A DNA stretch of 64,000 nucleotides from Takakia lepidozioides (Eukaryota > Plantae > Bryophyta). The notes under the pieces were generated by a model that worked only from the letters and a program-made list of their open reading frames with translations, had not been told where the DNA came from and ran no database searches. A program made the translations under genes and the position numbers. Below are positions 23,127 to 34,854 of the stretch, piece after piece. Location of the stretch: assembly GCA_030704615.1 (NCBI GenBank), contig CM060734.1, positions 25,792,001 through 25,856,000 of the forward strand. Direction: 5' to 3'. Numbering within the stretch: the stretch's first letter is position 1; every line of letters starts with the position of its first letter.

Positions 23127-26100
23127 TCAATGATTTCTGGATTCCCTAAGGAGGAGTTTGTGCAGCTCGTTCACGCTCAACGCCGGTGCATGAATAAAGT
23201 CATCAATAGTCACGTTCATCCTCAACCTCTTCAGGTAAATGTAATACATATGTTTGCACGGATAATACTTTGAACCCTTCTTTGCTTCCATCAACGAGAA
23301 GTCCGTACAATTGCAAGTCGGCTCCACTCCAATTGTAATTGTGTATACATCGTTGCGTACAGCCGAGCCGGCCGTTACCATCCGATAAACACGCCCAAGG
23401 CCGGGTGGAGGTACGTCCACGGAGCTCTGAATAGTGCAAGCCATCCCAAGAGCATTGGCAATCCGAGTCTCATTCAACTTGTTGGGAGGGTGTCGTCTCT
23501 TCACTCTTCCGAATCGCATTGTGGGATGTGCAGAATTGTCCAATCCGTCTCTACTGGATTGAGCAGTCTGCAATGGCTGGGTCTGAGGAACCGGAAATGC
23601 GTGGGCCGGGACGTCTGTGCGTTGCACCATTCGAAATCCTGCTGCAGATAGAGCATCCGCCTCATTTTGAGAAAGGCTGCAACCCGGTGCAACAGGCCAG
23701 ACGCCCGGAGGCTCCGGCATTCCCTGAATCCCGTACTTACACAGGTCATTATGTCGTGCCTACAGAACCAAAATGTCTGCGTTGTGGCGTGAGCAAATGT
23801 GGGAGTAAAAAATCTGCCGCTGAAACAAGGTGCAGGTACAGCACCGTGTGGGTTCCTCCGAATCATCTCACCACAGCGTGCTCTCATATCCACCCAGATG
23901 GCGCAGCACTTCCCGGCAATGTCCTCGCAATTCTCCACTGTGACTCCGACACTCTTGTCTCCACAATGGGAATGTTGTACTGCTTTACTATAGATGGCTC
24001 ATTATGTTGTCGGGGCATGCGCCCTGTGCTCAAAGGAGATGGCGATCTTGAACGTGCAGGACTTGCAGTGCTCGACGAGACCTCCTTGGGCAACATCACA
24101 GGATCACGAGGGAGTGTGCAAATATTCTTGTCAGCTCGCCATGAATCCTCTTCTCCGCCAGGTGCCTCGTCAAGTCTTCGTCTCACTGGACGGGTATGAA
24201 CATCTCCTTCCAAATGTTGGCCTCTTCGAAGCAATGGCGTGTCCCAAAGGCCCTCTCGCAAGGCCGCCGCCCACTTCCGAGGATTCTTCGATCTGGAGGC
24301 AGTCCGCATCAGCATTTCCTACCTGTCCGGCCCCAAGCCCCACTGTTTCCCTTTCAAGAACTCGTTGTACCTGCTTTGCTGCATAATTGACCTCACAATG
24401 TCCTCCGTTGTGGCAGTGAGGATGTCCACCAGATGCGCCGTAGAGGAGGCACGCCAGGAAGAGTGCACTGATTCGGCCATGTTTGTCGTGGGCATGTCGG
24501 TGTCGGAGTTGAGACACATCCTGCACAAGCACATGTTGAGGTTACAAGCAAGTTACAAATAATGCCAAAAATAATATTCAACGGGACGCGAATTGGTGCA
24601 ACTCACCTCCCGCATATAGTCGCCGAACTGGAGGAAACGATAATGCCACCATGCTAGCCAACTGACCATTGCTCCCTCGTCTGATTTCCTTACAGCATCT
24701 GACGATGTCCATCAAGCCCGTATACATGCAAACTGTGTCATCCAAGGTGGGAGCGCGCTTCCACGCAAGACACATGGAACGGTGCTCCTCTCTGAAATCT
24801 GGCGCCACGAGCCTGGTACTGCAAAAGGCTCTGCAGAAAATGGAACCCACAAGATCTCTCCTTGCCTTCCATGGGAACATTGGGGTCTTGCCCGTACATC
24901 CTTCGGATGGCAGCCCAATTTGCTTGTGCGTTGTCCGCCATGAAACCACGGAAATTGGGAGGGGGCAATCCCGCCTTGGCCATCTGTTTGTTTATTCCCT
25001 GCCAAAGAAGCATCTCCGATTGTGTGTCCTCTCCTTTCATCTCACAAATAACAATTGTCATTAGCATCCTGCAGTGGGTGTCGTAGACATGTGCACCCAT
25101 TGTCACCCACTGGTGATTTGTAATTCGCTTGATATGGTCGAACATGACCCAACTGTTTGACAAGTCCCCACTCATCATCCTGTCAACCAGTTCGACGCCG
25201 CTGCCAGGTCCACACGTCGACATTTTGAATAGGAAACAACGATCTGCCTCAGTCCCTTGTCCTGGAAACCGACGAGCCACGCCCAATTTTCTGTTTGCAT
25301 GACACAATGTGGTTTCGGACATTCGGTGAACAGACGTGGGACACCGACTCCAGCAATGCCTCCATTTCCTTGTCATCGAGAGGAACTCTGTCGGAGCCGT
25401 CTTCCGACATAATTCTGGCCAACGCCATCTTATGGGCGGCTTGGAGCTGTATCTGTTTGGGTTTGGCACCCGGTCTCAACTTAACCTCCTCCTGAACGAG
25501 CTGCTCTACCTCGTGGGCAGCCTCCCGCGAGTTCCCCCTCGCCAATTTGTGACAATGGGAATCAACGTGTATGCAAGCTCGGGTAAGGTCAGGGAAACGG
25601 TGCAACACATAGAACTGCTTGGCATTACAAACAAACATGCAGTGTGGTGGTTCTTTGCAATGCGCACACTTAAATGTGGAGTTCGGAACCTTCTCCTGAG
25701 CTCAAAATGGTTGATGAGCTGTGCCTGTCCAATCGGTCTCGTTCCTGTGACATCTGGATTTAAAGTGGAAGCAAGTTGGGGAGAAACACCGCAACGCGCC
25801 CGCACAAACAACGTAGCGCACCCGCACACCATCGAGCATCTTCATGCTGGTGGTTTTGGTAACGCACCAAGGATGACCGTCATGTTTTCTATCCATATCT
25901 GTCAACATTCCGGACGCCCTCGAGTAGTCCGCCCGAGGAGGGAACTCAAAGAAGATACTACCGTCAACATCTGCGGGAAGGCATGTAACCGATTTAATTG
26001 CAAACTTGCTGTAGTCCAGCCCGGCCAGCTCCAAGCGGTGTCCCTCCATGTGAAGCCCTCGCAGAATTTCAAGAATAGATCGAACTGCGGTGCTCGTGCT

Positions 26101-26612
26101 GGGAATATGACTCCCTCGTCCACTGACGTCCATTGAGGACTTGCCTGATCTCCAGGACGATCTCGGAACTTCCATGACCTCGTCTGAGTCGGACAGGTTG
26201 TGAACAACCCGGTTCTCGCTCGTCTTCATGGACGGGTTCGGCTCTGGATTTACTTCGTTGCGGACTTCTCTCTTTGAGGTAGCCACTCTCTGATTCACGG
26301 ATTGTTTCGTTGAAGGCGCCAGGATAGAAGGTGCATTTGGCGGGCAAATGAAGTCCCCAACAGCCCTGTATATGACGCTGTCCGATGGTGGAACTCGCCA
26401 TCGCCGAAATCATTGTGGAGCACAACAATACTCTCGACAACAACGCCGTTTGAGTCCTTCCTTTCCTCCTCCAAAAAAACCGACCCCGGTTTCAGGTGGT
26501 ATCGAACGCATAGATATTTCTCCATTACCCGGCAGATGTCCCCTCTGCACGGAAATGAAGCTCTATGCTCGTGAGGAGGGCAGTACACTGTAGCGCTCGG
26601 GTTTTCCGCCAT
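23127..26612 (-). pseudogene. MULE-type DDE transposase with GCM-like N-terminal region and C-terminal SWIM zinc finger; several frameshifts and stops
   Basis: HDGHPW..TKT and Cys/His-rich N-terminus; WVMFDH (D1), FMADNAQA (D2), CGFHF (CxxH), TTNMAESVH (E); SWIM TCNCTDF...PCKHMYYI. Confidence 0.85.
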
Positions 26613-26899
26613 GGGAGATGTGCACACAAGACTGCCAGGATAGCGTCCGGGCAAGCTCCCTAGTAGAAGGGGGATGCAGCGATGGGAAGGAATGCGGTGC
26701 CGATTTGTCCGAGCGACGAAGCCTGATCCAAATCCAGGGAGCCAACTATCTCAAAAATCCACAGTCAGAGTGTTAATGAACCTTGTCTCCGGAATGCGGC
26801 CCTTGGTCTTTGCGCAATAACTGCCAACGGTATGCAGTCAGAAAGTGGGGGGCCGTCCGGATGATGTCGGCTGAAGGGGAGAAGCCGGCACCGTGCCGT

Positions 26900-27960
26900 C
26901 ACATTACTACCCCCGAATGGAAATTCGGCACCGAATATCCAACCGGGGCCGCACGGATGAAGTCGCCTGGGGCAGAGAGGCCGGCACCTGTCCGATAGAG
27001 AACATCCCCTGGATGGAAATTCAGCGCCGAATTTCCATCCGGATCCCCCCAAAGGAAGTCGTGTCGGGGGGTCAAGCCGAAAACTGGCCGACATAAAAAC
27101 CTCCCCGGATGGAAAAACGGCGCCGAATTTCCATCCGGGCCCGTTTGGAGGCAGTCGGGGAGGGGGAAGAGGCCGGCACATGGCCGTCACATTTCAACCC
27201 CCGGACGGAAATTCGGCACCGAATATCCAACAGGGGACGCCCGGATGAAGTCGCCTCGGGCGGAGAGGCCGGCATGTGTCCGACGGAGAGCATCCCCTGG
27301 ATGGAGATTCGGCGCCGAATTTCCATCCGGGCCCCCCCAAAGGAAGTCGTGTCGGGGGGTCAGGCCGAAAACTGGTCGACATAAAAACCTCCCCGGATGG
27401 AAAAACGGCGCCGAATTTCCATCCGGGGCCGTTCGGATGCAGTCGGGGAGGGGGGAGAGGCCGGCACCTGGCCGTCACATTTCAACCCCCGGACGGTAAT
27501 TCGGCACCGAATATCCAACAGGGGACGCCCGGATGAAGTCGCCTGGGGCGGAGAGGCCGGCACGTGTCCGACAGAGAGCATCCCCTGGATGGAGATTCGG
27601 CGCCGAATTTCCATCCAGGCCCCCCCAAAGGAAGTCGTGTCGGGGGGTCAGGCCAAAAACTGGTCGACATAAAAACCTCCCCGGATGGAAAAACGGCGCC
27701 GAATTTCCATCCGGGGCCGTTCGGATGCAGTCGGGGAGGGGGGAGAGGCCGGCACCTGGCCGTCACATTTCAACCCCCGGAAAATTTGGCACCGAATATC
27801 CAACAGGGGACGCCCGGATGAAGTCGCCTCGGGCGGAGAGGACGGCACCTATCCGACAGAGAGCATCCCCCGGATGGAAATTCGGCGCCGAATTTCCATT
27901 CGGGCCCCATCAAAGGAAGTCCGGTCGGGTGGTGAGGCCGAAAACTGGACGATATAAAAA
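26900..27960. repeat. Higher-order tandem repeat, 288 bp = 3 x 96 bp, each 96-mer carrying a palindrome
   Basis: GGAAATTCGGCGCCGAATTTCC variants start at 26919, 27015, 27111, 27207, 27303, 27399, 27495, 27591, 27687, 27780 and 27876. Confidence 0.95.
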
Positions 27961-27965
27961 CCTCC

Positions 27966-28255
27966 GAATTACCAGCATGACGAAAATTTGGCGCGCCGCC
28001 CTACCTGGCGGATGGAAATCCGCCGGATTTCCATCCATCCGCGAGCAGAATTACCTGCGTGACGGAAATTTCGCGCGCCACCCTACCTGGCGTATGGAAA
28101 TCCGGCGCCGGATTTCAGTCCATCCGCGCGCAGAATTACCTGCGTGACGGAAATTTTGCGCGCCGCCCTACCTGGCGGATGGAAATTCGGCGCCGGATTC
28201 CCATCCTGCCGCGCTCCGAATTACCTCTACGTTGGAAATTCGGGGCCGAGTTGCG
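27966..28255. repeat. ~85-bp tandem repeat carrying the same palindrome core
   Basis: GAATTACC unit starts at 27966, 28048, 28133 and 28218; GGAAAT(T/C)CGGCGCCGGATT variants in the units. Confidence 0.9.
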
Positions 28256-28474
28256 TCACATTTCATCCGACAGGGAGGGCTTCATCCGACATTTAATTAC
28301 GTAGTTGGGCATTAAATGTCCACCGCCGTCCGTTTTGATTCGGGTTGGCGATACAGGGATTCCGCGGCTGCTTCCTCGATACGTACCCTAAATCTGATGC
28401 TAAACTTGGATTAACTTCTATTTGAGGCATGTACCCCAAAAAACTGAGATCTTTTTTCTTTTTGGCTGGGACTT

Positions 28475-31320
28475 ATGCCGCCGCGGCGGAAGTTGAGAGC
28501 TTTGTACTTTGGACGACGGCCAATCTCTCGCATGGCCAAACTTAAGCTCCAGCAGGAGATTCCAGTGTCTTGCTCACAACCCGCGCCAACTGAAGCCGAG
28601 TACTCTCAGGCAAGCCACTTCTGCTTTCGCTTTGTTCGCTTTTGCTTTCGCTTTCGCTTTCGCTTTGTTGTTTCGCTTTGTTTTCGCATCTTCATCCTGG
28701 CATCGCTGGAAGCGTATGGTTGCATCGCAAAAGCAGGAGCTGTTGCGAAGAATGATCAAGGTCTGAGGGGTTAAAAATTAAGGAAATCCATGCTGAGCTG
28801 AGAAGGATGTCTGAGCAGATGAAGTGCCTTCAAAACATTTCACCCTGTTTTCCCGTCTTATGGAATTCCTGATCATTTGTTCATCGTGTTTCATATTACC
28901 GGTTGAGTGAACCTTACATAGTTTGCAATGCGTGTGCAAAGCCGACAGCTCTGGAGAAGGCTGCTTGTGCATGTCATTCTTAGGCATTGGTTGGATTTGT
29001 TTTCATTCTTGTTCCATGGCACTCCATACTTCCTAAACTTGTTTTGTCTTCATTGTTGTTCCACGATTGTTGCTATGGTGGTTGCGCTGCTCGTTGTGAT
29101 GCTGGTTTTGGCACCGATGTTGGTTCTCATGATTTTTGGGAATGACAGAGTGATGACGAGCCTGGCACGCTAGTGGTATCATCGACAGCTCCAACTCATC
29201 GCATGTTTGAATCGCCCAACTTGGGGCGAGAGGGCAAACTTAAACCTTTTGTTGGTGGACGGGAGGACTTGCAGCGAGAGTACGACAGAATAGGCATTGG
29301 GGAGGTTGGTGCAGAAGGGCCCGCCCACGCAAAGAAGAAGAAGAAAGCTAAGCACATGCAATCCCCGGCGAGAGAGCCGTCACGGGCTGCGGAGGGGGGA
29401 GTGAGCAGTGCGCGCGAGGGTGTCAGTTTGCCTCAATCAAAGGTGGTCGTCCTGGAGGGCTCCCCTGCTGCTAGCCCTAGTAAGAAACAGAAAGCCCGTG
29501 AGAGGGCAAAAGAGAGGGCAAAAGAACAAGCGAGACAGAATGCTAGCCAGGAGGAAAGAGAAAAGGCCACTGAAGAGGCCAGGGGTGCCCAAATGACAGA
29601 TGCCAATGTAAGCGAGGGACGCACAGAGACGGTGGATCCCTCCAAGACACCACAAAGAGGCAGTAACACACCGGTTAGACCATCGCGGGCAAGAGCAGCC
29701 CCTGCAATTACCCCATACGGTGGAGAGTGGAGGAGAGGAAAGAACACCAGAAAGAGCACGGATTGTGCCAGTTCGAGGTGAAGCCGGGGAGAGGGCAGTA
29801 CAGACGGAGAGAGTGCTCGAGGTGGTTTCGCCGGTGGCTGACCATGTTGAGGAGGACAACATGGAGCTTTCTGACCAGGATGACATCCTCCCGGACATCC
29901 CCAGGCCCCAAACCCGCAGCATACAGGCTGGATTTGGCGGTCCTGGTGGGCTGCCGGAGAACCCCTCTGCAGCAGACGTCATGTCGGAGGCGGATATGAA
30001 GTTGGCCGCTGCCAAGATGTTGGAGGCAACCCATAGCAACATTGGCAGGGTGCTGGGGGCATGGTGTACCCGGCCAAGCTTCGGATTCCCCTTTGCCGCT
30101 TGGTGTCATTGCAGGTGGTGAGACCTGCCCTCCCAGGCGATATTGACAAGCTGAAATTCTCTTTCCGGAATGGATATCGAATGGGGTCTGCCGCGTTTTA
30201 CGTTTCCATTGAGAACGACCACGGAGCTTCCCGTGCCCACACTTCCGATGAGGTGGACAAATGGGGTCCCCATTGGCAAAGGCGAAATGAGGAGTTCGAG
30301 AGAACGATTGCTACTGATCCTCTTTTCCAGCACTTATCCGGTAAGATGTTTTACGTGTGGGACGGCAATCATCGCCTCCTGGCATGGATGGAGCACATAG
30401 CCGAAGCCCACCCAACGACCTCGATTGGCATTTCGCCGTGGAGTGTGTTGTGCTGAAGGTTGCGGGGCCCAAAGATCGCAGTCTTCTCAAAGCTGCAATG
30501 GCGGACATCAACTCGTAAGTTACAATGCCTCTTGCTTTTGGACCCATCCGATTGTAAGTCATTTCATTGCGAATCCTCATATTTGTTGAAAATTCCCATT
30601 TCAGTATTGTTTGATGGAAATGTGGCATTGCAGGGTGACTGAGAATGCCTTCATTGCCACCAACTTGTCCCATATGCTCTTCCGAGTGAAGGATGTCGGG
30701 AAGCAGGGGGTGCAAGAGTTTGCCAATTCACTCAGTGCCGACCTCCTGCGCAAGTCGGAGGCAAAGGCAGACAGAACCTGGTATAGGCTGAGCATGGACG
30801 CCATGGTGGACTACATATTTTGGGTAAAGCTCCTCACTGTTTTGTTGAGCTAATGTGTCTCTCCTCCCCCAATAGAAGAAAAAATGTTGAGCAGGATCTC
30901 TAATCTTATGTGCGCATTCTTGACAGACGAAAATTCAGCAGGATTTGGCACATGCGCGGAGGTTCTATATGGAGTCAGAGGAGAAGAATCTAACCCTCCC
31001 GGCACTCGAATCGTATCTCAAAGCTGCGGAGGCCAGGGCCCGCATAAAGTATAAGTCGCGGATGGTAAAGTACGTGGCCATAGCTGATCCCGCCCTTGGT
31101 GCCGACTTTCTAGTGGAGGTGGGGAAGCACTACTCCCGTGCTCTGAAGCCCATGATGACATTGGAGAAGCTCCATCGTCTAGCCACATCCTGTGTGGATG
31201 CAACAGAAAAGGTGATACATTCTTAACCAAATTGTGGTGGCAACAACTCGTTTTTGTGGTGTTTGGTGCTTACGAATATGCTGGGTGGTTGGACAGACCC
31301 GGTGGCTCCAAATCTGGATC
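28475..31320 (+). pseudogene. Intron-containing accessory gene with ParB/sulfiredoxin-like domain (frameshifted, 3'-truncated)
   Basis: FYVWDGNHRLLAW motif; proposed exons 28475-28609 (GC-AG intron), 29149-30514, ~30634-30823, ~30928-31211 and ~31297-31320, later introns GT..AG. Confidence 0.7.
28620..28690. repeat. (TTTCGC)n-like microsatellite in the proposed intron 1
   Basis: Directly visible. Confidence 0.8.
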
Positions 31321-31830
31321 AAAATGGATGACAGAAAGGTGAGGACGATCTTGGACTGGGAGCCTCCGACTTTGGTCTCGGAAGTGCGATCCTTCCTAGG
31401 ACTCGTCTCCTATTACCGAAAGTATGTGAGAAATTTCGCCAAGATCGCGGGGCCGCTATCAGACCTTCTGTGTAAGTCCAAGGTATGGGTATGGAACACC
31501 TTTTGCCGAGCTTTTGCCGAGTTGAAGCAGCAGATGGCGGAAGCTCCAGTCCTGAAAATCCCGGAGTTTGACCGTCCATTTGAGATTCATACAGATGCGT
31601 CGGACTTCGCAATTGGGGGTGTGCTCATGCAGGATGGACGTCCAGTGGCTTACGAAAGTAAGAAACTGAATGAAGTGGAGCGACGGTGGCCTACGCACGA
31701 GAAAGAAATGACAGTGGTGCATTGCCTTGAGCTTTGGCGCCACTATGTTGGTTCCAACCCGGTGAAGGTGTTCACGGACAATGTCACGGTGAAGTATTTT
31801 GCCACGCAGCCTAAGTTGTCCCCAAAACAG
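31320..31830 (+). pseudogene. pol: Chromovirus-type Ty3/Gypsy RT-thumb/RNase H fragment (possibly family E)
   Basis: VRSFLGLVSYYRKY; FEIHTDASDFAIGGVLMQDGRPVAYESKKL. Confidence 0.9.
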
Positions 31831-31900
31831 GATTCTGGCTGGCTAGAGGAGATGAAAGAGAAGAAGAAAAGGCAAGATGAAGTTGATGAACTAAAAACAC

Positions 31901-33840
31901 TATTATTTTTATTTTTATTTTTAAAGAACAGGTATTGCCCTGATTAATTTTATTCATGAATTATTTGGGGAAAAAAATTAAAACCCCGATTAAGCCATAA
32001 GGCACACACACTGTAATCAATGTAATAAGAGCCATGCATCCAACAAGTTGGATTATGATCTGGGACAGATCCCAAGAGAGAAAAACCACTTAAATGTAGC
32101 AGGCCTATTCCGATTGCCGGTCCTTAAACGAATGGACCCTTTGACCCTATACTGGTAGTCTCACGAATCAGAGGACTCAGATTTTGCCCATTGACCTTAC
32201 CCGAAACAGAATGATTTAAGAGTAATTAAGTCTAGAGGCCTTGGGAGAGGTCTTGAGGTGTTTCCAGTTGACATCGCGTTCAAACTCCGGCGAACGAGTG
32301 GAGGGGGACTTGCAGGTCACGCCACGCTGGTGGAGGGAGCTTTGTCCAGACACATTTGTCTTGCGAAGGGGAGTGGCAGATGATTCCTGCATAGCCCCAA
32401 GAACTACAGAAAGTTGCGTGGATATCGCTGGCGCTCCCGAAATTGCGTTCCATGTCCGCACGCGTTTTAGCCCATGCCTTACGGGTTTCAGTTTGAAGAT
32501 AATAAAAAATGGTGGAAAGAAGCGCAGAGATAGTGACGGTCGTTCCAGAAAAGGTATTCTTACACCGTAACTTCCACAGGTGCCATGGTGTGGATCCTCT
32601 GAGGGTTTCAAATACAAGATAGCTCACAGCTCTGGTTTTTGTGTTCTTGTCATAGTTTAGAAGCAGATGGGTTTCGGATAGGGCAGATGGGTTCCAGTGT
32701 AGGTATAGAGATTTCACCAATGGCCATATCTTGGATGGTGTTTGGCAGTGAAGCAAACAATGTTCCAGGGTTTCCTGCATGGCGGAAGAGCAGCACCCAC
32801 ATAGGACTGATGCCTGGAATTGGAACCATTCCCCTACTTTAAGAACCTTATTCACAACTTGCCATAGAAAGGCAGAGATTTTTGCAGGACGAGTTTTGAT
32901 CCATATTGAGCCCCAGATAACTGACCACTTTTCATCACGAAATCCATGGGTTTCCCATTTCAAGTCCCATTTAGAGAGCATTGGTTCTGTTTTGGCTAGT
33001 ACCCTGCATCCTTTCTTGGTTGTGTATGAAAAAAAGGGGTCCAACGATCTGTTGAAGGTCCATGACCATTCTGCAGGGTCTATATCAAGCTCCGCCAAGG
33101 GTCTTCCAAGGATCCACACAAAAGTGTTAGAGGCCAGCCAGTCATTAATTGGAATAGATAACGGAGGCAATGGGTTGAAGGCTCTATCTTGCGAAGACCA
33201 ATGGCAGATTCTGATCGGAGGAAAGGGAAGGGTTTAATGAGCTGAGGGGATTTTGAGGCTAGTTTGAGCACAAGAGTGACCGTGTTGATGTGGAATATGA
33301 AGATGGTAAGTTCCTGAGCAGTTGCGTATTGGACAAAAATGACTGATAATTGTCCCTGGAAAATGGCCAAGCCCCATAAATTGTCCGCAATCTGAGGGGG
33401 GCCTGAATCCTGGATAGTTAACCATTGGGGGTTTATGGATGAGATGAGAGTTTGATATCCCCTGTTTGCCCTCCCCTTGCCTACCAGATGTGAGACGCTT
33501 TCTTGGGGTTGGAGAGACCTGTTTTTCCAAATATTGTTAATCTGGCTGATTCCCAGTTTGTCCCAGCAAGACCATCGTCTGGCCTGGTTACACTGTGAGG
33601 GATTCGGGGTGTTTGTATTGAGAAAGAGGTGTTGTCTGAGCACTTCGTAGAAGGATTTTGGCTGGGCTTTAGCTAGGAATTTCGCAACTTGCCCCAGGCC
33701 CGCCAGATATTTCTCCATACAGGTGATCCTTTTGCCTTGAGATTGAACCCATGTGCAATCCACTATTTTCAGAATGAATGTTGATATCCATCGTTGCTTG
33801 AAAAATATATGTAAAAGAAGCTCCTGAATCACCGTGTAGT
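31901..33840 (-). mobile_element. L1-type LINE, 5'-truncated (ORF2 C-terminus with zf-RVT, 3' UTR, (TAAAAA)n tail)
   Basis: WGSIW...KISAFLWQ...CGCC..QETLEHCLLHC, PWHLWKLRC; A-rich tail at 31901-31922. Confidence 0.82.
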
Positions 33841-34097
33841 CGTGGAGCAGTGAGACTCCCCTGCTCACGAACTGTGGTAAGAGAAGATTGGGAAAACATG
33901 GGAAGAGAGAACAAAAAACGACCGTTGTAGCTCCGCCATCGCTCCGCCTCCCCTATCATTATCTATCAATCTCCCCTATATTAATTCTAAAATATATATA
34001 ATTGAAGCATATATGCATGACCCTATTTTTATTTAAATCTGGTATCCACAAATAAGGACACCCAATTTTATTTCTAAAAATATTGTAAATTTTATCT

Positions 34098-34830
34098 TCA
34101 AAGAATATATGTTACCCTATATGTTTTTGCACGACGTTTGGAAAAAAATGGAAGTGACTTCCCCTGGCCAACAAACCTTGGAGCCGGAACACCCAAACTC
34201 TGGAGTGGCCGGATTTCCTGTTTGTATGCCTTCCCACTGTCAGACCGCACTGCCCAACACTTAACTCGTGAAGTGTTCGAAGTTCGTGCAATGTGCCAGC
34301 ATGCCGTGGACACAACGGACTCCAAAACAGGTTTTTTGTTCTGAACGGGAAGGTCATCCTCCAAAGTCTCCACAAACATGTCAGCAGTGTTTGTGCTCAC
34401 TCTTGGTCCACGAGCACCTTCATGTTGCCTCGCTGTCGTTCGGAGGTTAAGTCAGACCTCCTCGAGTGAACGTGTTCCTCGTCCTGCAAGTTGCCGAGAA
34501 CAATCTTCCGTTTTGTTGTTCGAGTTAATAGGTCACCCTCCAGCCCTGGATTTCTTCCATGAAGCTCGTGCCATCTACGAACGATCTGACCGCTTTTGCT
34601 ATTTTAGCTGGGTCAGATAAGCGCGATGCCGCACGGGCCAACAATTGTGTCCAGTCGGGTCCGGAACCCTTAGTCCCACCCTTCAGATAACTGTGGTAGG
34701 AACATGATTGCATAATTGCCCTCATCAAGCCATTCCTGGTGGTTGTATAGAGGTCGACCTCTGATACACCGCTCCCGGCCTGCCAGCTCGCAGCGTTCTC
34801 CTCAAGCTCCAGACCCTGCAAGACACATGT
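34098..34830 (-). pseudogene. Second MULE transposase fragment, diverged relative of element D
   Basis: VDLYTTTRNGLMRAIMQ..Y.SYLKGG..GSGPD and VLES.VS...WHIART align with VDILTATTEDIVRSIMQQSRYNEFLKG..GLGPD and IVETRVSESQWRIART of D. Confidence 0.78.
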
Positions 34831-34854
34831 CCAAGTCAGCATGGAAGAAGTGCA

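Larger units (their letters stand above)
22358..31320. mobile_element. Mutator-like element D: transposase (-), palindrome array, ParB/Srx-type accessory gene (+); right end lost
   Basis: Left end GAGGTTAGCTATTTCATGAGC abuts the PPR remnant and recurs at 9813; the GGCGCC palindrome motif occurs subterminally (22590-22975) and between the genes. Confidence 0.75.

Noticed and set aside
26900-27960. CRISPR-like array of regularly spaced palindromes
   Set aside because: Spacers recur every third unit and are related to one another; no cas genes; eukaryotic transposon context
26765-28304. Many overlapping 70-200 aa ORFs
   Set aside because: Products of a GC-rich repeat whose period is a multiple of 3; open on both strands with no domain signal
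31234-31947. 237-aa ORF suggesting a ParB-RT/RNase H fusion
   Set aside because: Chimera of intron, a short exon and a Gypsy fragment joined at a deletion breakpoint; no evidence of function
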